In this document: piece after piece, positions 22,217 to 31,500 of the stretch | How the letters are laid out: every line of letters begins with the position of its first letter | Position numbering within the stretch: the first letter of the stretch is position 1 | Assembly (NCBI GenBank): GCA_963713045.1 | Contig: CAVQKE010000004.1 | Location: 1,184,001 to 1,248,000 of the forward strand | DNA from: an uncultured delta proteobacterium | GTDB taxonomy: Bacteria; Myxococcota; Myxococcia; Myxococcales; Myxococcaceae | Length of the DNA: 64,000 nt | Reading direction: 5' to 3' | Program-made: the position numbers and the translations under genes | Notes under the pieces: model-generated | Database searches by the model: none | What the model saw: only the letters and a program-made list of their open reading frames with translations | Told to the model about the DNA's origin: nothing

Positions 22217-23110
22217 TCACGAGCTTTGACGAAGCGAGGAAGATTCAGGCCGATTGAGGTGGTACTGCCTGAACTCTCGCCATGAGCTTTCCTTTGGTTT
22301 GCGAGCACACTCCAAATAAATGTAGGTAACAGAAGCTCCGCGGCGCGATTTCTTCTTGCTCATTCTGAGAAACCGGGCGGCTTCTTCGACGCGTTGCGAA
22401 GTACCGAGATTATTGATCTGAATGACCGTGTCGCCTCTACGAATCTGGTCAAGAAATCGGCTTTTCCCCGTCCAGCGAACGGAATCAACCTCGCACCTTC
22501 GCGGGTTGGTTAGCTCGCGCTTAGCCCGGCGGGAACCCTCTTCCTCAAAAGCCAGTTCCTCTTCCGGATAATCGATGGGCTCTACGCCGATCAACCAAAC
22601 ACGTCTGCCCGGACGACGCAGCATCCTGTTCTGATTTTGGGCTCCGCCTTGTTTTGGAGGCTTATATACCCTATCGCACTCCTTAAGCCACTCGGGCGTT
22701 ACCTCTTCCACGGTCCGTTCCCTAAACCACTGGCGAACCTCTCGCACCACCACCACATCGGTCGTTAAAAGACCGGCTTCGTCCAGATAGTCTGACGAAT
22801 GCCGCGAGAGATTCGCAGAACTAACGACAACTTTCTGCCCACAAAGGATAATCTTAGCGTGGAGGTTCGGAGCCAAGAATACCCTCACTCCTTTCCTTTG
22901 CAATTGGGCTAGCTCGGCCGGGCACACGGAGCCATTGCGCGAGTTCTCTAGAGTTAAGTCGACGACTAAAACGTCGCCTCTCTTGAGGCGAAGCAGTTTC
23001 CCGCCATCGCGACTTATGTATGGGACCGCGACGGAGAGGCGACGGTTTCGCTCTCGGGAAAGCGTTTTGAGTTCTTTCCAGATATTTTCGCTATGAAGAA
23101 ACGCAAGCAT
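22217..23110 (-). CDS. Phospholipase D-like (HKD) nuclease domain protein
   Basis: AVPYI...LHAKIIL...SSANLS...EAGLL; unrecognised C-terminal half. Confidence 0.75.
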   Translation of the reverse strand: MLAFLHSENIWKELKTLSRERNRRLSVAVPYISRDGGKLLRLKRGDVLVVDLTLENSRNGSVCPAELAQLQRKGVRVFLAPNLHAKIILCGQKVVVSSANLSRHSSDYLDEAGLLTTDVVVVREVRQWFRERTVEEVTPEWLKECDRVYKPPKQGGAQNQNRMLRRPGRRVWLIGVEPIDYPEEELAFEEEGSRRAKRELTNPRRCEVDSVRWTGKSRFLDQIRRGDTVIQINNLGTSQRVEEAARFLRMSKKKSRRGASVTYIYLECARKPKESSWREFRQYHLNRPESSSLRQSS

Positions 23111-23148
23111 GGCGAAGACGATCTGTATCTGTTACTCGGCGGGCTGAT

Positions 23149-23526
23149 TTACCGATTCATCGTATGTTCTCTAACCCGTCGAGCTATGGGTTTGACGATC
23201 GTGCTAATTTCATTAGCATGTTCTTCAAATGTGCCCTCCACGAAGCGTTCCGCACGGTTGAAGTAGAAAAGAAGATCAAGAAGGTCCTGCGTCGAAAACA
23301 GCTCCATCGGCGTGCTTTCCAACAGAGACAACTGGCTTTTTGCCCAAGCGCAAAGTGCTTCGACTCCCGGATGACGTGCATAGCCGTCCACTGTACATGC
23401 CAAGGCTGACACACTCGGCACCTCTCCCATGCTGGTCAGAAGCCACTCCTGTGCCTTAGCAACATCTTCGGAAATTGCTGGGCAGAAAGAGATCACTCCT
23501 TCTGCTTGTATCGTTAAGATACGCAA
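23149..23526 (-). CDS. DUF6508-like protein, probably with a frameshifted upstream part (23544-23750)
   Basis: LLDLLFYFNRAERFVEGT motif. Confidence 0.5.
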   Translation of the reverse strand: MRILTIQAEGVISFCPAISEDVAKAQEWLLTSMGEVPSVSALACTVDGYARHPGVEALCAWAKSQLSLLESTPMELFSTQDLLDLLFYFNRAERFVEGTFEEHANEISTIVKPIARRVREHTMNR

Positions 23527-23853
23527 TCAGTCGAGCGTAATACTCAGTCAATGCGGTAGTTTTCGGTGCAGTTATGCCCGTCCCTTCTTTGCCAGCGTTC
23601 CCCCTTGCCAAACGACCTAAGAGCCAGGAGCGCGTCTCCGAGAAATGCGTTCGATGGCAATCGAAAACCAATCCTCTTCACGTGAGAAAAGTCAATCGAC
23701 CAGATACCATCCATGCTGAAAGCTTGTTGTTGAAAGTGCTTCCGCGACACGCCGGGACCTGGGTCATTTCCAGCATTGACTAGAACAGCATCCTAAAACA
23801 GTTGCCATAGCCGACGATACTAGCAGATTAACAGTACGAAGGATAATCTGACA

Positions 23854-24498
23854 ATGCTCAACGTCAATCTTTGGCATAACTTTCTACAAGTATTTTCGAG
23901 CGCTGTTACCAACGCTGATCAGGACAAACTCGCTTTGGCCTGGGCAGGTGCGAAAGCGAGAACCAGCTTCTACAAAGAAATGCTTGCACCCCTCGCGACT
24001 AGCCTCGGCACACGCATTGAAGAGCAACTAGAGCCGGGCGGCGAATTGTTTAAGGTCGACTTTGCAATTTGCCGAAATTCGAACGGAATTGGCGTTCCTC
24101 TCGTCTTCATTGAATCGGAAAACAATCCAGACTCCGCTTTTCACGAAGTCCGCAAACTCGTCAATTTAGCAGCGCCTCTAAGAGTGTTGATCACTGTCTC
24201 ACAATGGGACGAAGGCGGGATCTGGGAAAGCCGCGGGGGAGGCAATCGAAGCAGGCTCCTAGGACAATGGGAAAGCGTCATACAAGAACATCAAAAGGTT
24301 TGGCCAAGACCTGGGGTTGTTGGGATTTTGATCGGCGAATGGCGCCCGGACAGAAAGTTGCGATTTTATGGTTACGGTTATGGCGCAGGTCATCGGATTG
24401 CTATGCCACAGGGCTTGCCATCTGGCGAAATTCTACTTGAATCCAGCGTCGCATACCAGGATCCCCGTGATTGCTTAAGGCGTATTGCGGTTCAATAG
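23854..24498 (+). CDS. Hypothetical protein, PD-(D/E)XK nuclease-like
   Basis: E-L-F-K-V-D-F...FIESEN...HEVRKL pattern resembles a restriction-endonuclease-fold active site. Confidence 0.55.
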   Translation: MLNVNLWHNFLQVFSSAVTNADQDKLALAWAGAKARTSFYKEMLAPLATSLGTRIEEQLEPGGELFKVDFAICRNSNGIGVPLVFIESENNPDSAFHEVRKLVNLAAPLRVLITVSQWDEGGIWESRGGGNRSRLLGQWESVIQEHQKVWPRPGVVGILIGEWRPDRKLRFYGYGYGAGHRIAMPQGLPSGEILLESSVAYQDPRDCLRRIAVQ

Positions 24499-24941
24499 TT
24501 CAATAACGCTTCCGTTAACGGGCCTAACTCCCTGGGGCGCATATTCACGCTTTCTTTGCGCTGGCGCAATTCTAACCAAGTCTAAAGGATCTTATCGTCG
24601 AATCACTCCTAAAGAATAGCCCGCCTGGCTGCTCTACCAACATTGCATGACTAACAGACGAAATGCACAAATGCAAATGTGAGGACATCAACGTGATCGA
24701 TTGGCTAGGAATAAAATGTTTTAAAGGTAATGCTGTTTGGCAGCGCCGATTTAATAGTCCGGTAAACTCACCGGTTTAAGAACCGGATACGGGAAGGCAG
24801 GATTTTCTTCAAAGGTTCAAGCAAGAACTTTTCTTCATTTTGTTCTGTCTTGTTCCGTTTTCTTCGGTTGCGGCGCTAATTTTCTTCGGTCTCGGGCAGC
24901 GGAGCTTGAAGTAGCGGCAACTCAAACTCTTGAGTTTGCCG

Positions 24942-25439
24942 ATGAAGTGTTCTGCGCGGCGGAAGTGCCAGCATTGCAAGGAGTTCTATCTGCCGGATCG
25001 ACGCAATTTGCATCATCAGCGCTACTGCTCAGAAGCTGCCTGTCGCAAACAGAGCAAAGCGGAAAGTCAGCGCCGCTGGGCACAAAAACCGGACAACCAA
25101 AACTACTTCAGCGGGCCGCAAAATAGCCAGCGTGTCAAAGAGTGGCGAAAACGCAATCCCGGGTACTGGCGCAAAAAGAGCCCTCTACCCCGAGAACCGT
25201 TACAAGATCTCTGTGCGACTCAAGTAGCTCAGGATGAGGAAGTTAAAAGAATAGAGATCTCCGATGCGTTACAAGATGTCTTGGTGATGCAACCTGCTGT
25301 GATGGTGGGACTTATCTCCATGATGACTGGTAGTGCGTTACAAGAGGACATCGCGGCGACCACCCGGGCGCTGCTAAGCAAAGGCCAGGACATCCTCGGC
25401 AGGAGGCTCTGGAGTCACAACGACGCATTCTCACGATGA
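24942..25439 (+). CDS. IS21-associated Cys-rich (putative zinc-binding) protein
   Basis: CQHC...RYCSEAAC motif, RVKEWRKRNPGYWR; ATGA overlap with the next gene. Confidence 0.7.
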   Translation: MKCSARRKCQHCKEFYLPDRRNLHHQRYCSEAACRKQSKAESQRRWAQKPDNQNYFSGPQNSQRVKEWRKRNPGYWRKKSPLPREPLQDLCATQVAQDEEVKRIEISDALQDVLVMQPAVMVGLISMMTGSALQEDIAATTRALLSKGQDILGRRLWSHNDAFSR

Positions 25440-25852
25440 TAACCAAACGGGTACTCTGTCCGGAACGGCTGCGCCATGTGCCGCACCGCTTTAGTTGGAT
25501 CGATCAACGGCTGGTGCGCGATGGCCACATCGCCCGGTGTGGTCCTCAAGCGCTGGCGCTTTACCTGCTCTTGGTCACGGTGGCCGATGCGCAGGGTTTA
25601 AGTTACTACTCCGATAAGACCGCGGCACGGTTGCTCTCGCTCAATGAAGCCCAGTTGCGCGAGGCTCGGTGCAGTTTGCTGGCAGCGGGTCTGATTGCTT
25701 ACGAATCTCCGCTCTACCAAGTCTTGAGCCTGGAACCGACCTCGACCAGTGAACCACCCGTTGCGCGCTCCGGCCAGACGCTTCCCATCAGCGCGATTTT
25801 GCGCCAGATGTTGGAGACCGGAGGAGCGCAGCAGCAGCCGCCCTCGCCGTGA
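25436..25852 (+). CDS. IS21-associated winged-HTH-like protein
   Basis: FSWIDQRL...ALYLLLVTVADAQGLSYYS...L...GLI; GTGA overlap with istA. Confidence 0.7.
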   Translation: MITKRVLCPERLRHVPHRFSWIDQRLVRDGHIARCGPQALALYLLLVTVADAQGLSYYSDKTAARLLSLNEAQLREARCSLLAAGLIAYESPLYQVLSLEPTSTSEPPVARSGQTLPISAILRQMLETGGAQQQPPSP

Positions 25853-27342
25853 TCTCTTACGAGCTTTATTGTCAAATCCAGCTCTATTACAAGGAGCGTG
25901 GTTTAAGCTTTGCCCAGATCGGCCGCGAGTTGAACCTCGATGAAGAGACGGTAGCAAAGTGGGCGCGCCAGAAGACCTACTGCCAGCACCTCAGAGCCCG
26001 GCGAAAGAGCAAGCTCGATCCTTACAAGCCAATCATCCAGCGCTGGTTGGAGCAGCATCCGTATAGCGCCGCGCAAATCTTCCAGCGGCTGCGTGCCGAG
26101 CAGGCTTATAGCGGCGGAATCTCCATCCTCACAGACTATGTGCGTCGAGTGCGGCCCGTGCGCGCGCCAGCTTTCCTGACCCTGGTGTTCGCTCCGGGCG
26201 AATGCGCGCAAGTCGATTGGGGCTGCGCCGGCTCGATGGCAATTGGTTCAACTCGCCGACGGCTCTCCTTCTTTGTCATGGTGCTTTGCTACAGCCGATT
26301 GTGCTATGTCGAGTTTACCCTGGGCGAAGCGACGGAGCACTTCCTGGCCGCTCACCAGAACGCTTTGGAGTTTTTCGGCGGCGTTCCGGCCAAAATTCTC
26401 ATCGACAATCCTAAGACCGCTGTGCTCAAGCATCCTGCTGGAGAAAGGCCGCTCTTTCATCCGCGCTACCTGGACTTTGCAGCACACTACGGCTTCGAGC
26501 CGCGTGCTTGTAACGTGCGAAGGCCAAACGAAAAAGGCCGTGTGGAATCCGGTGTCGGGTACGTAAAGAAAAATTTCCTCGACGGCCTGCAACTGCCTCC
26601 CGGCTTGAACGCACTGAACACTGCTGCACGCCACTGGATGGATACGGTTGCCAATGTCCGCATTCACGGGGAAACGCACAAACAACCGATCGAACTCTTC
26701 GCACTGGAAAAGTCGCATTTGAACGCGTTGCCGCCGCTTCCCGCCGACACCGGAGTCATCCGGACTGTACCGACCAGCAGCCGCTTCCGTGTGGTGTTGG
26801 ATACCAACCGCTATTCGGTTCCCAGCCTTTATGCTTCCCAGCCGCTGCTACTCAAAACCTTTGCCGATCGGCTCTGCATCTACCACGGCGAGAAGCTGAT
26901 CGCCACCCACACCCGCAGCTACGACCGGCACCAGGACTTCGAAGATCCCGATCACGGCAAGGAACTGCTCGATCAGCGCCGTGCAGCACGCGACGCCAAA
27001 CTGCTGCTGCGCTTCTTTGGCCTCTGTCCCCGTGCCGAAGAGTATTACCTCCAGCTTAAGATCCACCGCCTTAACCCCCGTCAACACATTGCCAAGATCA
27101 TGGCTTTAAGTGAGGTTCATGGCTGCGACAAAATCGCTCGCGCCATCGAAGACTCCTTCGAGTTCCAGGCCTTCAGTAGCGACTATATCGCAAACATCCT
27201 CCAACAACGCGAGCGCTTCAGTCCCCAGCCCGGCCCGCTCCACCTCACCAGGCGCCAAGATCTGCTCGAGGTCGAACTCGAGCAGCCCGATCTCTCCGTC
27301 TACGAAGGCTCAGATACCATCCCCATCGTGCCCAAACCATGA
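25849..27342 (+). CDS. istA: IS21-family transposase
   Basis: PGECAQVDWG, LIDNPKT, EKGRVE, NRYSVP. Confidence 0.95.
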   Translation: MISYELYCQIQLYYKERGLSFAQIGRELNLDEETVAKWARQKTYCQHLRARRKSKLDPYKPIIQRWLEQHPYSAAQIFQRLRAEQAYSGGISILTDYVRRVRPVRAPAFLTLVFAPGECAQVDWGCAGSMAIGSTRRRLSFFVMVLCYSRLCYVEFTLGEATEHFLAAHQNALEFFGGVPAKILIDNPKTAVLKHPAGERPLFHPRYLDFAAHYGFEPRACNVRRPNEKGRVESGVGYVKKNFLDGLQLPPGLNALNTAARHWMDTVANVRIHGETHKQPIELFALEKSHLNALPPLPADTGVIRTVPTSSRFRVVLDTNRYSVPSLYASQPLLLKTFADRLCIYHGEKLIATHTRSYDRHQDFEDPDHGKELLDQRRAARDAKLLLRFFGLCPRAEEYYLQLKIHRLNPRQHIAKIMALSEVHGCDKIARAIEDSFEFQAFSSDYIANILQQRERFSPQPGPLHLTRRQDLLEVELEQPDLSVYEGSDTIPIVPKP

Positions 27343-28091
27343 CTAGAAATCCTGCCGACCTCTTGCTCAATGACCACCTTGATTACCTCAAGTTGACTTC
27401 TGTCAAAGAAAACTGCCAACCCTTGGCTGTCGAAAGCGCCGCCAACCACTGGAGCCATCTCGACTACCTGGGTCGACTCCTTCAGGGCGAAGTCGCGGCC
27501 CGTCAACAGCGCACGATTGCTCGGCGGATCAAAGCCGCCCGTTTTCCAGTCATCAAGACCCTGGAAGGCTTCCGTTGGGACTGGCCCAAAAAAATCAATC
27601 GGCTCCAGATCCAGGACCTCTTCCGGCTTAGTTTTATCGAAGAGAAAGCCAACGTTATTTTCCTGGGTCTGGTTGGCCTCGGCAAAACTCACTTGGCCAC
27701 CGCACTCGGCTATGCCGCGTGCCAGCACGGGTATAGCGTCCTGTTCGCCAACGCTATCGACGTGATTAACACCTTGAGTGCCGCCCAGACTAAAGGCGTG
27801 CTCAAATCCGAGCTCAAACGCTATCTCTCACCCGCGCTACTGCTCCTCGACGAGATCGGCTATCTTCCCATCGACCAGCGCGGAGCCGACCTGCTCTTCC
27901 AGGTCATCAGCCAACGCTACGAACGCGGTTCTATCGTACTTACCTCCAACAAAGCCTTCAAACAATGGGCTACCATCTTCAATGGCGATAGCACTATCAC
28001 CTCCGCCGTGCTCGACCGTCTCCTCCACCACGCCGAAACCGTTTTAATCGAAGGCTCCAGCTACCGCATGAAAGACCGCATCGAAAGCTGA
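27339..28091 (+). CDS. istB: IS21 helper ATPase
   Basis: GLVGLGKT, LLDEIGY, LTSN, AVLDRLLHH, GSSYR. Confidence 0.95.
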   Translation: MTRNPADLLLNDHLDYLKLTSVKENCQPLAVESAANHWSHLDYLGRLLQGEVAARQQRTIARRIKAARFPVIKTLEGFRWDWPKKINRLQIQDLFRLSFIEEKANVIFLGLVGLGKTHLATALGYAACQHGYSVLFANAIDVINTLSAAQTKGVLKSELKRYLSPALLLLDEIGYLPIDQRGADLLFQVISQRYERGSIVLTSNKAFKQWATIFNGDSTITSAVLDRLLHHAETVLIEGSSYRMKDRIES

Positions 28092-28310
28092 CCACCGTCC
28101 CTTTTCGGAAATCACAGACCGTTGTCGTTAAACAACCCCCAATCGACCATCCGATTCTAAAATCGTTGGCTTTATCCGATTTTAACGCCGCCGCTCTCAT
28201 GCTGTTTCCTGAGCTGACCGTTTTGCTCGGCAAATCCCCCACTCTTCCCTTCCCTGCCCTCCCGTGCTTCACATTGGCCACCCAGAGCGACTAGTTACTA
28301 GTCGTCAGAC

Positions 28311-28601
28311 CTATCCGAGATATTCCACTGCATTATTCTTATCTCGGACGGCAACGGACGAGCCCGGATCGGCCAGGCAGAGTGTAGCGCTGGAACCGTC
28401 TTCAAAACCGAGTTTGAACTCGGCCTTCGTCTCATGAACGGATTTTACTTTGCCACCTGGCGGTATCGTCTCGGGTCCGGCTGTCTTGATCTTCATGTTT
28501 GACTGATCGTCGAACAGAACCAAAACGGCGCCTGGCTCGACCGTTGCGGCCTTCACAGTTCGGCCGGCGATAACTTTCGTCAGTTTCTGGTTTCTTGGCA
28601 C
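28311..28601 (-). CDS. Hypothetical small beta-rich protein
   Basis: 96-aa ORF with an internal two-fold similarity (vlFDDqS / lgFEDGS); overlaps the upstream HNH gene. Confidence 0.6.
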   Translation of the reverse strand: MPRNQKLTKVIAGRTVKAATVEPGAVLVLFDDQSNMKIKTAGPETIPPGGKVKSVHETKAEFKLGFEDGSSATLCLADPGSSVAVRDKNNAVEYLG

Positions 28602-29107
28602 AATCTATCTATTCTCTCGGTCTTTGTCTCGTGGGCTATTGGAGCGGGAGGGCTCGCACGAACACATTTCTTGTACGCTTCGATCCAGTCGGAGGCCATC
28701 TCGCGTTGGGCAGTCTTGAGATCCAGTTGCCCGGCGCATACGAGCTTGTGGAGCTTCCTCTCAAGGGCATCTTTCACATAGGAGTTCCAGGGCGAAGTTT
28801 TAGTCGATTGGGGCCAAAGGCTGCGAATGGAATTGGATCTTCCCAACGACAGCGGAATCAAATGATCAACTTCGTAATCGCCAGTCTTGTACTGCGTGAT
28901 TCCGTACTAGGCGTATGCCTGCCTTTTAAGCCATGCCGGGACCGCTCGCACCTTCTTCGCGTAGCCCGGAACGCACACATCCTGAGCGGTTACGTCGAAC
29001 GTGTCACCCGGTGTGAGCTTCGGATCGGGAAGAATCGGCGTGGGTTGCTCGGCGAGGACGACCTGGGCGAGGAACAACAAAAAAGCGAAGGCGCGTAGAA
29101 TGTACAT
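28580..29107 (-). pseudogene. Secreted HNH-type nuclease with in-frame TAG
   Basis: Signal peptide, PDPKLTPG, then stop at 28907-28909; the same frame continues YEVDHLIPLSLGRSN...LWPQ...KDALE..LHKLVC. Confidence 0.8.
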
Positions 29108-29129
29108 CGGGAACGTTTTATGGCTGGCT

Positions 29130-29486
29130 GAAGGACCTGGGCAAAGCAATACCAGCAACCGCTACCTTCAAAAAGGCATGGCTCTCATGGCCCTGACTCG
29201 ACGGACTCTGGGATCTCAAAACCTTCGCGAGCGCCGATGCCGTCAACACCACCACCGACCCTCAGCTCCCTAAGTACATTTCCCACGCTTTCGGCTCTCT
29301 GGACAAAACCTGGAAATCCGGCTACCTCCGCTCGGCCTACGGAGCTATCTGGTGCACAAGTTTAAACCCCAGAACCAGACAGACGACATCTTCCTGGCCC
29401 AGATCCTCGGCCATAAGCTGCTCGGACCTAACGCATCGCTTTCGGTCGGGCAGAGTTATAAGAATTTTTATGTCGTCGAACACTGA
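29130..29486 (+). pseudogene. Protelomerase / telomere resolvase remnant
   Basis: Three frames give GMALMALTRR, then YLRSAYGAI, then DDIFLAQILGH...GQSYKNFY*, collinear with the TelN/TelK catalytic motifs. Confidence 0.65.
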
Positions 29487-29519
29487 AGCGTTCTGATAAA
29501 AAACTAACCGCACAGTTTC

Positions 29520-31049
29520 ATGTCTCCAGAAGAAGAGCACGATAAAGCCATCCGGCGCATCAAGAAAGCCGAAGAAAACAGAAGTACTGAGTTAAATCTT
29601 GCCGGCTTTCAATCCCTGACTCGCTTTCCGCCAGAGTTGGCTGGCCTCACTTCGCTTCATATGCTCAACATGTCCGGTTGCCACCAGCTCAGCGGCGATC
29701 TCTCCGCGCTGGCAGAACTCAAGTCGCTCCGATCACTCAGCCTCACCGGGTGCAAACAGCTCAGCGGCGACTTGCGTCCGCTGGCAGCACTCACCTCGAT
29801 CCAACGGCTCGACCTCTCCTGGGGCGATCAGCTCAGCGGCGACTTGAGCCCGCTGGCAGCACTCACCTCGCTCCAATCGCTCGACCTCTGCGGGTGCAAA
29901 CAGCTCAGCGGCGACTTGAGCCCGCTGGCAGCACTCACCTCGCTCCAATCGCTCGACCTCTGCGGGTGTAAACAGCTCGGCGGCGATTTGCGTCCGCTGG
30001 CGGCACTCACCTCGCTCCAATCGCTCGACCTCTACGGGTGTAAACAGCTCGGCGGCGACTTGCGTCCGCTGGCAGCACTCACCTCGCTCCAATCGCTCGA
30101 CCTCTACGGGTGCCGCCAGCTCAGCGGCGATTTGCGTCCGCTGGCAGCACTCACCTCGCTCCAACGGCTCGACCTATCCGGGTGCCGCCAGCTCAGCGGC
30201 GATTTGACCCCGCTGGCAGCACTCACCTCGCTCCAATTGCTCAACCTCGCAGGGTGTGATCAGCTCAGCGGCGACCTCTCCCCGATGGGCAACCTCGCGC
30301 TCGAATCCCTTATCGATGATGCGCTTCTTAATGAAGCCGAAACACGCGTACAGAAGTTTATTATCCGCCCAAACGTCTGTGATTACTTTCGTTCGTTTGA
30401 CGGGAGTAGCTCAATTGATCCTTTATTCAAGTACGGCCTTACTAGAGTGACCGAGCCGGAATCTTTCGCAGTATTGCAGGATTGGTATTTAGACACCTCT
30501 GGTGATACGGTGGATGGCAATGTCTGTTATATCAAAAAGTGCGCGAGAGAAGATCCGGGGCCAACTCGTTTTGGTGGCGACACTACCTTCTCCAATTTGT
30601 TTCATACCGATTGGTCTGCACGTTGGTTGAAGAATCGTAAGGTATTACCGCTTAATGCAATTTGGGGGATGCGACGGCAATATAACAGAATTACCCGAAC
30701 AGGCTTCCGTACGCCACAGGCCCCGGTGAATGATGCTATTCACGAAGAAGCTCTGGACCTATGGTTGTGGTTGGCTACTGAGTTGCGTCCTAAGACCATT
30801 TATCTATGCGGAAGCTGGGCACGGAAAGAAAGCGAATTTGGAGAGGATCATGCTCGGGAGCTTTCAGTTGATAAATATTTTCGGGAAGCGTGGAGTCCCC
30901 GGGCAAATGAAAGGGAAATCGTCAGTAAAGCGCGGAGAACATTAGTCCACACAAAGATTCGTTCTTTGCCTCATCCGTCTAACAGAAGAACCCCTGCGTG
31001 GCGCACTTTAGAGTATCGTAAGTACGGCGTCATTTTACCTGAGGTATGA
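29520..31049 (+). CDS. Leucine-rich repeat protein fused to a uracil-DNA glycosylase-like domain
   Basis: 24-aa LRRs (aa about 25-260), then VLQDW...LNAIW...LRPKTIYLCGSWA...LPHPS. Confidence 0.65.
   Translation: MSPEEEHDKAIRRIKKAEENRSTELNLAGFQSLTRFPPELAGLTSLHMLNMSGCHQLSGDLSALAELKSLRSLSLTGCKQLSGDLRPLAALTSIQRLDLSWGDQLSGDLSPLAALTSLQSLDLCGCKQLSGDLSPLAALTSLQSLDLCGCKQLGGDLRPLAALTSLQSLDLYGCKQLGGDLRPLAALTSLQSLDLYGCRQLSGDLRPLAALTSLQRLDLSGCRQLSGDLTPLAALTSLQLLNLAGCDQLSGDLSPMGNLALESLIDDALLNEAETRVQKFIIRPNVCDYFRSFDGSSSIDPLFKYGLTRVTEPESFAVLQDWYLDTSGDTVDGNVCYIKKCAREDPGPTRFGGDTTFSNLFHTDWSARWLKNRKVLPLNAIWGMRRQYNRITRTGFRTPQAPVNDAIHEEALDLWLWLATELRPKTIYLCGSWARKESEFGEDHARELSVDKYFREAWSPRANEREIVSKARRTLVHTKIRSLPHPSNRRTPAWRTLEYRKYGVILPEV
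29685..30285 (+). repeat. 72-bp tandem repeat (8 full units + partial) encoding LRRs
   Basis: CAGCTC(A/G)GCGGCGA at 29685, 29757, 29829, 29901, 29973, 30045, 30117, 30189 and 30261. Confidence 0.92.
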
Positions 31050-31500
31050 ACGACCTCTGGATTGTCGTCGCTCCTGCTATGTGGCCGATTAGCGAGCGTG
31101 TGAACAGCCCGAAAAATCACGATCCTTCGCTCGTTGAACCAATTCGACTATGAAGCTTGCCGAGTTGGAGCGGTTGGTCGACAAGGCTGAAAAGATCAGT
31201 TTGCACAATGCGCGAGCGCTGGTCGAGTACCGGCGACATAGGGCCGAAAGAACCGAGGGCACAGGGATGGGCCGCAACGTCGATCCAGAAAAGAGAGTGA
31301 GGCGGCCATCCTTGCCTAAATGCGTTGGTTTACTAAAAGCGACACGGGCTTTTGTAGCAGGATTGATATGCTCAGCGAGCGACACCAAAGCATTATGACA
31401 ACGCGCAATCCATTTTTCGTTTGATAAGCTGGGCGCCTATCGGATCGGTACAAGAGCCAATGCTTGAAAGCTTTGAAGCGAGCGATTGAGATCATCGTTT

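Larger units (their letters stand above)
24738..28199 (+). mobile_element. IS21-family element with two extra upstream ORFs
   Basis: TG...CA ends with imperfect IRs, flanked by a 7-bp direct repeat TGCTGTT (24731-24737 and 28200-28206). Confidence 0.8.

Noticed and set aside
29685..30285. Regularly spaced repeats resembling a CRISPR array
   Set aside because: Tandem 72-bp coding units with no unique spacers and no cas genes.
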